Shown here: in pieces, positions 53,473-64,000 of the stretch | Numbering within the stretch: the first letter of the stretch is position 1 | Layout: every line of letters begins with the position of its first letter | From: Squalus acanthias | Lineage: Eukaryota | Length of the DNA stretch: 64,000 nt | Direction: 5' to 3' | Assembly: GCA_030390025.1 (NCBI GenBank) | Contig: CM059433.1 | Location: forward strand, 22,880,001 to 22,944,000 | The notes under the pieces: model-generated | What the model was told of the DNA's origin: nothing | Seen by the model: only the letters and a program-made list of their open reading frames with translations | The model's database searches: none | Position numbers and translations under genes: made by a program

Positions 53473-54365
53473 GGGGGCAAAATTCAATTGGTTGCGCCTC
53501 CCGTTAGCGCCTTAAGAATGCGCTAATGGGGCGCAAAGCAACTAGTGCCAGGGGGCGGCGATGTTTGCGCCGCTCGCAAAATTAACTAGACATTTTGCGG
53601 CAGCGCTAAACACTACCGCCACGATCTCCTGCGCCGGCAGATCATGACGTCAGTCGAGTGCGCAACGCCCCGGTAGTGCCCCGGAGCGGATATTGAGTGG
53701 CGCCCCCTGCCTTACCGCCTGCCGCTAGCAACGACAGGTTGAGGGGAGCGTTTTGCAGTCAGGAAGGGACTGGGGGAGCGCTATTTAAAGGCGACCGCTT
53801 CCTGCCTTTTATTGTTGGTGACATTTTTGAACCACGCATTCTGAGAGAGAGAGAGAGAGACTTCTGGAGAGATTTAATGCTGTGTGAAGGAGTTTTGGGT
53901 ACTGAGCAGCACTTTGCAGGTTCATTTTGATTTGCCCTTCCTTGTATCCATTTAGAAGAGATTGTGGGGGCTGCACTCTGAGCTCTTTTCCTGGTTCTCT
54001 CCATTGTTCTTTCCAGCAGATTTGATGGACAGTTCTCTCCAGGCCGAGATTCAAGGCTGCAATGAGTAGGATGTGAATGGAAAGCAAGATCAACCCTTCC
54101 CTTTAAGAACTGGCCGGCGCCATTGTGTGTGTGTTCCATTGCTGACTGACATCACATGAGCTTCGCCAGCGCTCTGAGGTAGCGCCTCGCTCCTCGGCCT
54201 TTGCGCCTTAAGACAGGTGTGAAGCGCCTGATTTAGCGCTCCAATCACCTCCAGGGGCGATAAAAGTCAAGTTTGCAGTCGGAGGCGATAATTAGTGCCA
54301 GGCGCTAATCTTTGCGCCCGGCCGATAATTGCGCCCCAAATGGGGCGATACTGAATTTCTCCCCC
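53473..54365 (+). mobile_element. ~890-bp internal-deletion derivative related to the intact Harbinger
   Basis: Left ~400 bp colinear with 41744-42150 and right ~330 bp with 45755-46085; 3-bp TSD CAT or ATG (one-base ambiguity). Confidence 0.92.
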
Positions 54366-54639
54366 ATGTATGCAAGCTTCGACCTTTTCGCTGGGTTTAC
54401 CGCTAGGTCTTAACCTCGCTCTGAAAAGCGAGCGTGAAGCAGACCTACAGAGACGCTATCAGCGCTATTTAAAGGGACACTCACATCTTTCAGGTAAGTT
54501 TGGATTTAAGCTTTTGGACATTTTAAAATATTTTATTGAAGTAGTGGCTTGGTGTAATAGATGTTAAACATTTTTAAAGTGTGCAGGGAATGCTGCTGTA
54601 TGCTTGCAAGGCCTAGGATGGCAAAGGAAGGCCTTTGAG

Positions 54640-54790
54640 GAGACAGAAAATGCTCGAAATACTTAACAGGTCAGGCAGCATCCGTGGAGAGAAAAACAGT
54701 GTTAACGTTTCAGGTTAAGATGCTGCCTGACCTGCTGAGTATTTCCAGCAAATTCTGCTTTGATTTCAGATTTACAGCATCCATTTGCAA
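54640..54790. mobile_element. Short inverted-repeat fragment, probably a Penelope-like terminal remnant
   Basis: ~32-bp inverted arms (aatgctcgaaatacttaacaggtcaggcagcatc / gatgctgcctgacctgctgagtatttccagc); family assignment from memory. Confidence 0.5.
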
Positions 54791-56574
54791 AGGGAAGAGG
54801 AAGATGTAGAAGAGGAAGATGCAGAACAGGAGGAAGCGGAATGAAGGATGCAACCCAGACAGCCCCTTTCCGGCTGGGATATCCGGGCTAGAATCATCCG
54901 CCTGCAGTACCAGTGACAAGAACCCCAATTCCCCTTTTAACATTTGTCCCACACCTTACCTTCCCTCTGTTACTGACCATCACAACGTCCTCTTGGCCAC
55001 AATGCTGAAATAAAAGCCATCACAAAGCAAACTTTCCAATCTAACTTTATACATCTATCCATCCAATATAACATCAAGAAATCAACTAATCACCCTTGTG
55101 CATTCGCTTAGTGACTGTCTTGTGTGTGCCTTTGCCTCTCCTACTGATGTCACGCAGTGCTACCCCAGTGGCTGCAGCATGGCTGGTGGAAGGTTGCTGA
55201 CTTTCAGTGGGGGACACTGTAGATGGCCTTGCAGGACAACCTCAAGGAACTGGTGGCTGGGAGTGTGAAATCGAGTGACGGTGTTTCTTCTTCTTCTTCT
55301 TCACTCTCCTCTCCCTCTTCTTTGTCAACTACTGGCTGGGCAGGCTAGATTTCTTGGGTATGTGAAAAGAGGAAAGCACAAGGGTAGAGTTGTGGTGAGG
55401 TGAGAGGAGGGTGGGAAAGCAAGAGTTGCATGCTCACACAATGCGCACCTTGTTAATCAGAAAATGTTATGGGATGAGGGGGAAGCTGGATATGAGACGG
55501 AGGATAACGTATGAGGATACCGGCATCTTGTATACTTTCAGCCCCGCCTCTGGTCACGGGCTCAGCCATGCCCCTGCCAAGAATGGCCATCACTGTCTCC
55601 TCCAAGGGGTGAGGTGAAGCTCGGAATGTGAGGTGTGCCTCATATTTGGTACAGATTGTTGGTAGATGAGTGATGGGGGAGTGGAGGTCGTGCATTGAGC
55701 AATGTGTGAGGCTAGTGGTGCAGTTGGTAGGAGACAGCTTTTGAAGATGCATTCACTGACCTTGACCACTGGTCTGAGGCCATGAAGCTTCTTTGTCCAC
55801 TGGAGCCAGGTCATGGGGGCGACACTGCTGGCAATGATGGACTTGGTGATCTGGTCCCACATCGTTCTTTCTGGAGGGCCTCCTGGCCCCTATGGGTAGA
55901 GGACTTCTCTTGCACAAAGCTGGAGTGCTGCATGTGAGACCTTGGGTGCCCTTCCATAGCTTGTTGAGCCATTTGTTTTAGTGCTGAAGTACTTTTACCA
56001 TTTTTTTAGGTGCAGGAGGCAGTTCAACTTTAAGAACTGAAGGCTGCCAGTTGGGAATTATTTTTAATTTTATTTTAGAAGGCAGTTAAGCTCCAAGGCC
56101 TAAAAACTGCCTATTTTTAAATGATTGTTGTTGTTTTCATTTTAGAAGGCAGCTACCCTTTAAGGGACCGACAGTGTTTTCAAAAATGACAGCTTTGCTT
56201 TAAGACAACGCTGTTCTTGCTTCAGGAAGACTACAGCCACACTACATTGGGCATCCTACTGAGATGTAGCACCGGAAAAAGAGGGTTGCATGGTAGGTTT
56301 AGCCCTGCGCTAATTTAATTTCACAGGCAGCCTGCATATGATTTAGGGCGGCTGTTAACTTTGGCCCATGGTGGCACCGGCAGTTTTCCAGCATACTGCA
56401 ATTTCTCGGCCTCTATCTGTAAAACTTGTTGTACTTTAATGTTAATAAAACCAATTAATTAAAAAAAAATTAAAGTCTTGGTTGATCTCACCTCTCATTA
56501 CCCTGAAGCATTAAAGAGTAAAATTAAAAACCCTAGAGGGACAGAGACAGATTAAGTGAATGGGCAATTGTCAC

Positions 56575-56719
56575 CTATGTGATAACGTTGAATAGTTTAC
56601 TGCTGGATTGTCAGGAATTAGATCCTTCCACTCGACCACTAAACCAGACACAAACTCTGCCATTAGATCAGTAGAGAGCAGAATCATATCCCCCTCCTCC
56701 CAGTGGACTTCTAGGCACA
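56575..56719 (-). CDS. Candidate host exon (145 nt)
   Basis: Pyrimidine-rich acceptor ttattttctcaacatag, donor AG|gtgaca, single open frame CLEVHWEEGDMILLSTDLMAEFVSGLVVEWKDLIPDNPAVNYSTLSH. Confidence 0.35.
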
Positions 56720-57392
56720 CTATGTTGAGAAAATAATAATCAAAAAGATAACACCATGACAGAAATAGCTGCACAATCAATTTCCACTTTTTCAATGACC
56801 TGGAGCATGTTATGAATATAATATTGTTCCAATCTGCAAAATACTTAAATCTCCATGTGAAAGAGAAACACCATATAAATCACTGCAAGCAGATATATAC
56901 AAAATTAAATCGCGAGAGAGGGATGTTTTATCTTTAGCACTGAGGAGACTGAGTCAGGAACTGTTGATAGAAATGACTGCAATGTTGCCTAATTCTACAC
57001 TGTAAGCACATCAAAGACCCTTCATTTCCATATCAAGTGTGCCTTGGCTTGGTAATCACATTTTACCACGCTGGAATAGGTAAGTGTTGAAGCATGCTGG
57101 AAAAGCCACAGTAAGAAGTAGAAACATTGCAGAAAACTTGACCCTGTTAGTCACCATCAGTAAGTTTTAGGATGGAATATTGTAGCTCAGTTTATCAGAT
57201 TGCCGAGAAAATCCAACTCTATTTTTAGAGACCTAATAATAACAACAGTCATTAAATTTCAAAGTATTTTAATGTTTTCTGAGAAACATGATACGGTGCT
57301 GTATGAGTCTTGCTTAGTTTCTTTCCAGATTCAGTATAGTCCAAAGTCATGCATATGAGTCAAGTTCCAACTTCTCCAAAAGTAGAGATATA

Positions 57393-60300
57393 CGGCAGAA
57401 CTTTCAACTTTTACGGGTTGGGGAAGGGGGAGCGGGCGATAGCGTATCAACATAGGGTATACAGGCAGAGGATGAGCTTCCTCAACATGACTGAGCAGCA
57501 GTGCCAAAGGAGGCTCAGGCTATCGCGCCAGGTCGTCGCGGACATTTGCACATTGCTGGAGCAAGACCTGCAGCCCAGAGGATCTGGTCGACACGCCTTA
57601 CCAGTGGCTGTCAAAGTCACCAACACCCTCAACTTCTTCACCTCAGGCTCCTTCCAGGGATCTGCAGCAGACATTTGCGGCATCTCGCAGTCGGCATCAC
57701 ACAGGTCACCGATGCCATGTTTGACAAGTCATGCAATTATGTGAACTTTACCACTGATGAAACCACTGTTACTGAATGTGTGCTTGGCTTTGCCGCTCTG
57801 GCTGACTTCCCTTGGGTGCAGGGCATCATCGACTGCGCACATGTGGCTATCAGGGCACCCCCACATCACCCGGGAGTGTTTATGAACTGCAAGTGCTTCC
57901 ACCCCCTCAATGTGTAGCTCGTCTGCAACCATAGGAAGATCATCATGCATGTGTGCATAAAATTCCCTGGCAGCTGTCATGACTCTTTCATCCTGCGCCA
58001 GTCCACCCTCCCTCAGCTCTTCGCACCGCCAAATAGAATTACTGGCTGGCTGCCTAGAGACAAGGGCTATCCACTGAAGATGTGGCTCATGACACCCTTG
58101 AGGAGGTCAAGCAATGAGGCTGAGGAGCGCTATAATGAAAGCCACATGTCCACCAGATGTGTCATAGAGCAAACAATAGGCATGCTGAAGATGCGCTTCA
58201 GATGCCTTGACAGATCTGGAGGAGCCCTTCAGTATGCACCAGCCAGGGTCTCCAGAATCATTGTTTGCTGTGTGCTGCTCAACATAGCACAGCAGCGAGG
58301 ATTAGAGCTGCATGAGGTGCAAATGCAGAGCGCACAGCCTCTTCAGTGGAGGAGGAGGAGCATCAGCTGGAAAATGAGGAGGAGGAGCAGAAGGAACCTA
58401 AGGTCCACATGTCAGCAGCACCGGAGCACATTGCTGCTCAGGAGGCCAGGGATGGTCTCATCATGGCCAGATTCATTCAACTTCCTGCATTGCACCCATA
58501 TGGCTGCCCCATACTGTGCCAAGTTCCCCCCCGCACCGCCAACAACACCATAAAGCATCCCTACAATGACCAAGCCATTACTTTCACACTGACCCCCATT
58601 GCTGGATGTAACGTTATGTCTCACCATTCACTCAAACTCACTAACCACTTCCAAAGTAGCAGACAACAATTGGCATGACTGGAAAGTGGTGAAAATAAAT
58701 ACTTTTATATGTGTGATAACATTAACGGAAACTTAACAATAACACTGCTTTAAATATCCATGTGCTTACCCTTGTGCATCTACTTCTGTGTCATTTTTCT
58801 TTACCACGTGCTTCTATGAGGTGCAACCCATGTGGCTTCAGCAGAGGTGGAGGCAGGCTGCTCACTTCCCTACTGCGACTGTTTAGACACTTTTGGCAGA
58901 CGTCCTCTGGGTTTTGGAGCCTGTGATGGCCCTGCCAAAGTCTGCTCCTCCTGCATCTGGGGCTCTGACTGGGTGGGGTTTTAGGGGTGGGGGGTGGCAA
59001 TTGGGGAGAAGTGGGGGCGCTTTGAGAGGAGCTCCCACTTCTATGTCCCCTGTCACCATCATCCATTCTCTGCACATTTGCACACATCGCGGCTGCAAAA
59101 CCTGCCAAAGCGTCCTGCATTTCTTGCTGCCCATCCAGGAACGCCATCTTTCTGGATGGCCCCCGAGGCTCAGTGTCTGCATGCAGCTGAGCAGAGCTGG
59201 GAGCGTCCTGCGCCCTCCAGCGAGCAGTCTCTACTGCTGTTCCTGCCTCCATCATCTGCTCTTGCTCACTTGTGACTTGTAAGACACCAGATGACAACAC
59301 TACTCTATCTTGCATAGGACCCACCGGTGCTAGGTATGCTTGGGTCTGCTGACGGTGCACCCTCAGAGGCTGGAGGCTCCTCTGAGGAGTGGTCTTCATC
59401 CTCCGCATGGACAGTGGGGGGCGGGGGGGGGGGGGGGGTGCGGGGGGTTGGGGGGGTGTTCTTGATGGACCTGTGGGAGAGTAAAGAGGTGATTTAGAAA
59501 TGTTATATTAATAACGGGTAACGATACCATTATGCACATGATGAACATTCACTGGCTGCTGATATCAGTCACCATATAAGTGACTGCTGTATGCCATGTG
59601 GTTGTATGAGATGTAATTCTGTCCCCAGGTTGCTGAGAGGTGCCCCTCTCTCTGTCTCCCACCGCCAGCAGCACTGTAACTCTTGAGACCGCCAGGGCCA
59701 CCTCCTCTGCTGGAGTTAAAGTGCTGAAGGATGGAGGGCCACCTCTGGTTTTCTCCCTCTCCCTGTTGTTGTGTGCTCTCTTCTCCGGCAAGGAGGGAAA
59801 GAAGAGAAGTTTGAGTGAGAGTGATGGCATGAGTGCAAGGATTGTGTGGGTTACATCTGTAGCCGGTGACTATGAGGGAGTGTGATGCCAGTGCCAAATG
59901 GCCTCCTTCTTAGGTGTTACTTGCTATGATTGCATTAGGATGAGGGTGAGTGTGAGGGGTGGTTAGTCAGAGGGGGTTGTGAGTATGTACATAGAGAGAG
60001 AGGGATGGGTGGACGTGCAAGGTATGTTGGTGTGAATTATGATGTGCAGGAGTAGGCTTGGGGAGGCAGAGTGATGGGGATGTGATGACAGGCACAGCAG
60101 GATGAAGGTGAGTGTGGCTTTGAACTCACCTTTCCTGATCTCATCAGATGATTGAAGCGCTTCCGGCACTGCACCCAGATCCTCCTCACCACATCCCTGC
60201 TGTTCACCTCCTCAGCTATTTGGAGCCAGGCTCTCTTTGTCTCTTGGGGAGGTCTCTTCTGCCCATCAGCAGGGAAGAGGACCTCCCTGCGTGCTCTGAC

Positions 60301-60651
60301 TCCCTCCACAAGAATATGTAGGGTGTCATCGGAAAACCTGGGGGGCAGCCCTCTGTGTTTGGGAAGTCATGCTTCCAAGTCTTCAGCAATAACAAGATCC
60401 TCCAATATACTCCCTCCACACTCCGAGATAAACCTTCAAATGCTGCTTTAAATATCCCCGCTGAAAATGAGTCATCGATGACGTCATCAGACACGCACCG
60501 TTTAATTGGACCGGGAAACGCGCATGTCTGCCTTAATAGGGGCCATTAACTGGAAGTCCTCCTGAGGAGTGGACTCATCAATACAACGTGGTACCGACCC
60601 GCCACGCGGCCCGCACACACCCAACCCGACTCGGTAAGGAAAATTCCGGCC
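57393..60651 (+). mobile_element. Decayed near-full-length Harbinger (transposase pseudogene ~57440-58480 +, Myb/SANT pseudogene ~58790-60400 -)
   Basis: [67 protein letters not shown] across three frames; AWLQIAEEVNSRDVVRRIWVQCRKRFNHL; termini cggcagaactttc / gaaaattccggcc. Confidence 0.92.
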
Positions 60652-60883
60652 ATGATGTTAATGTAGGGAGAGTGACTCAAAACTCCATCATAGAGGACTA
60701 CTTCCCGTGAGTGGCACCTATTCCCATCTGTATTTTCACCCACCTGTGATATCCTACACAGGGGAGACTCCATAACTCGCACATTCCCTGTACCCATGCT
60801 GACATGGCACATAGCCCATCAATCCTGACATTTGTAGCCTATGCCCCTCAACAGCATTGAAACACCAAACAAAGAGGAAAATA

Positions 60884-61240
60884 CAGGAAACTCTTGTTTA
60901 ACCGGCACCTAAATATCCGGAATTCTCTCTTAACCGGCAAAAATCATCCTCCGAAAACTCCTCTCAAATAACCGGCAATGTTGCCGAGTCCGAGCCCGAG
61001 CCCGCGAACGCCGAGTTAGTCAGTGGGGGTAGTACTGTACTTAATCAAGCATCTTACCATCCATTTAACACAACATTCTGTCGGTGAGTACCCAAATACT
61101 GTATACTGCACATTTCTTGATTTTTTTTATTTTTCTTTGTTAAAAATAGCCTCGGTAGATAGAACTCTCCGTTATCCGGAACTTTCGATCAACCGGCACC
61201 ACGCCGGTCCTGTCGGTGCCGGATACCAAAGAGTTTCCTG
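60884..61240. mobile_element. Tc1/mariner (Tigger/pogo-like) MITE, 357 bp
   Basis: TA|CAGGAAACTCTT ... AAGAGTTTCCTG|TA: perfect 12-bp TIRs, TA TSD, repeated aaccggca subterminal motifs. Confidence 0.88.
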
Positions 61241-62033
61241 TAAAATGTTAAAGCTTCGAGCTGCCGCCCTTGCAGGAGGGTGACCCACTGCCCCAAAAAG
61301 AACGACACTGCGCCTGCCTCTGCAGGACCTCCCAGGGTTCGTCACTGAAAGGGGTGGCTTTGCTCACATTGCTCCTTGTACAACAGAGAAAATGGTTAGG
61401 TTAGAAAAAAGTCTCTCCCCTTTAAAGGCCAGCATCATATGCTGCTGGTTGCATCGTGCAACTAGGAGCCAGTCAGCTTTCAAACGTGACTCCCTGAGCA
61501 TGCTTTAGATCACAAAGTGTGGCATAGCCTGAACCTGCGCCCCCCAGCCCAGTTCCAAATGCAGAGTGACTCCGAAAAATTGCCGGTGTCTCACTATAAT
61601 TTCCCCAAAGCTCTCGGTACTGTCAGTAACGTTGGCAAGACATCTGTTTTGGTTGCAATTGCCTCCAACTTTACCCTTTTATTATGTAACCCATATAAAA
61701 AAATAAAAAAGAGTGGTGACCTGGCAGTGCAGCGGGATAATACACTTTCCTTTCACCATGGGACCTGGCTCTGAATCTTACCCAGACTAATTAAATTAAA
61801 ATAATATCAGTGCAATCTGGGTGGAATCGGCCAAACCAGCGAAAAAGTTCAGAGGATTTTAAACGTGAGTTACGCCCAAAACCAATTACATTCGTGTTTT
61901 CTGCAATCTTTTATGTCTTTACTCTCCTTTATGAAACAAGCTTTGGTAAATTTCAATCAGTTTCTAGTGGGCACTAAATTGACAATTTCACTCAGAGAAA
62001 CCACAGATTGGATGAAACTTCTGATGTTATATG

Positions 62034-62558
62034 AAAGGATATACTTGCCATAGAGGGAGTGCAGCGAAGGTTCACCAGACTGATTCCTGGGATGGCAGGA
62101 CTGTTGTATGAGGAGAGATTGGGTCGACTAGGCCTGTATTCACTAGAGTTTAGAAGAATGAGAGGGGATCACATTGAAACGTATAAAATTCTGACAGGGT
62201 TAGACAGACTGGATGCAGGGAGGATGTTTCCCCTGGCTGGGGGGTCTAGAACGAGGGCTCACAGTCTCAGGATACGGGGTAGGACATTTAGGACTGAGAT
62301 GAGGAGAAATTTCTTCACTCAGAGGGTGGTGAACCTGTGGAATTCTCTACCACAGCAGGCTGTGGAGGCCAAGTCACTGAATCTATTTAAGAAGGAGATA
62401 GATAGATTTCTAGACACAAAATGCATCAAGGGGTATGGGGAGAGAGCGGGAATATGGTATTGAGCTAGAGGATCAGCCATGATCATATTGAATGGCGGAG
62501 CAGGCTCGAAGAGCCGAATGGCCTACTCCTGCTCCTATTTTTCTATGTTTTTTCTATG
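62034..62558 (+). mobile_element. CR1 3' fragment
   Basis: ORF 62059-62463 (QRRFTRLIPG, RRMRGD, RNFFTQRVVNLWNSLP) plus tail and (tttctatg)n. Confidence 0.93.
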
Positions 62559-63671
62559 TTTCAAGATTCAATTTGTCCAGATAAGGCCCCGTCCACAAAA
62601 CTGGCCACATCACCATATCTAAATAGCAAGATTTCACCGATTGAGCTGGTTCGGGAAGGCTCTCCAAATTGCAATCATTTTCTTTGGCGTGCAGGCACTA
62701 GTCGGCACGTTTTAAATGTTTTTTCATACCAAAAAAGAGTTAATTTACTAAGACACTAACTAGTGCACACCAATGAAACCATTAAATGGTTCAGTATCGT
62801 TTTTTTAAAGTCATTTTCAGTGATTTTAAATCAGGTTATTCACAGCTGGGGGACTGGACAACTTTATTAAAATGTCTTATTTTTGGTGATAAACCTATTC
62901 TCAGCTGTATTAATAAAACTGCACCAGGTTCCCACTCCTTACATCAAGGAATACTTTTTAATGGAAAGAAAAAAAGAAACCATTACGCTGTGTCACGCTG
63001 CCCGATTGCGCTGGTTCATGGCAGATTAACTTCCCCATCTAAGTCTGATATGTAAATGAGATACAACAGGAGTCCAAGCATTGTAGTTTGTAATTATGCA
63101 AATTAATTTTACTGGCAACTTGAACTGTAACCTAACCAGCACAATTTCAAGCTCATTTTGGGTGCAATTTCCCGATCGATCGTGCTCAAGGCGGAAACTC
63201 TACCTTTTGTCTTTACTCTCCTCTATGAAACAAGCTTTGGTCAATTTCAATCAGTTTCTAGTGGGCACTAAATTAACAATTTCACACAGAGAAACCACGG
63301 AATGGATCAAACTTCTGATGTTATATGAAAGGAATATGAGTGGTCTCTATATAGTTTCTAATGTGTCCACAAAACTGCCCTTGATACTGAATTTGCAATC
63401 TTACTCAAAGGGACCACAAGTATAACTGGTGTGGGAAGTATAAATAGGGGAAGGTGTTGAGTAGAGTACAACAGGGATCAATGCTTGGACTTCTGTTGTA
63501 TCTCATCTACATATCAGACTTAGACAGAGAAATTAATTGCAAGCTCATTAAATGAGTAAACGCCATTTCTCCAGAGTTTCTGCGGATCTTTCGGCAAAGT
63601 TACGGCGGACAATCAGAAGAACCCCTGGCCACTCAGCCCATCACACCTGTGCCGATTCTGCGAGAATGGGA

Positions 63672-63977
63672 TTAGACTAGGTGGCTAAGTGGAGAAAAAC
63701 ACTGGCAGGGGTCTTGAAGAGCAATATAGCTTGTTTTTATGCTATGATATGCTAGGATTCCATGAAGTGCCTTTGATTGGTCAAATGGGTCTGCCTTATG
63801 TTTGACATTTCCTTCTATGTTTGTTTTCTTCAACGGTGCAGCAGGAGTACTTTCTGATCTGGGGTTACTCGATACTGATACAGGGCACCTGGAAGGAAGG
63901 AGTGGGCACAAAAACTTTGGGGATAAAAATTGTTCGCTGCAAGTGGAAACCCAGTTACGAAACTGGTGGCTTTTAAT
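63672..63977 (-). CDS. Possible host exon at the window edge
   Basis: Acceptor ttttgtgtattttcag followed by a 101-codon open frame (IKSHQFRNWVSTCSEQF...SHLV*) in non-repetitive DNA; no recognisable domain. Confidence 0.3.
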   Translation of the reverse strand: MKSHQFRNWVSTCSEQFLSPKFLCPLLPSRCPVSVSSNPRSESTPAAPLKKTNIEGNVKHKADPFDQSKALHGILAYHSIKTSYIALQDPCQCFSPLSHLV

Positions 63978-64000
63978 CTGAAAATACACAAAATCAAAAT

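Larger units (their letters stand above)
53263..56411 (+). mobile_element. Decayed non-autonomous Harbinger with Myb remnants (-), hosting nested insertions
   Basis: Termini ggcttaaaaatttgcag / ctgcaatttctcggcc; MWDQITKSIIASSVAPMTWLQWTKKLHGLRPVVK (55590-55862 ORF); C-terminal QQPSTSHAAATG motif at ~55140-55245. Confidence 0.8.

Noticed and set aside
56938..57080. Plus-strand exon-like segment with gtaagc/gtaagt donors
   Set aside because: Short, no recognisable protein similarity, and such site pairs arise by chance.
59414..59457. G-rich run (possible G-quadruplex)
   Set aside because: Homopolymer expansion within a dead Harbinger copy; no sign of function.

Overview
Repeat-dense vertebrate genomic DNA, most likely from a shark or other elasmobranch (inferred from HE1/V-SINE, Deu-type SINE, CR1 and L2 content). 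No complete host gene is visible; there are only a few candidate isolated exons. The standout is an apparently intact 4,342-bp autonomous PIF/Harbinger transposon (41744-46085, AAT target-site duplication). It carries an uninterrupted 386-aa DDE transposase (+) and a convergent three-exon, 488-aa Myb/SANT partner gene (-) that splices in frame, and it sits inside a 1.65-kb solo LTR. A diverged sister solo LTR of almost identical length lies at 10488-12139 and shares YY1-like sites, a TATA-like box, two splice-donor motifs and a poly(A) signal. Around these lie several decayed Harbinger copies (all in the same orientation), an ~890-bp deletion derivative related to the intact element, Harbinger-type and Tigger-type MITEs with long hairpins, CR1 and L2 LINE fragments, SINEs, and an 11.4-kb strand-pure (CA)n-derived satellite with higher-order duplications, whose huge ORFs are artefacts.
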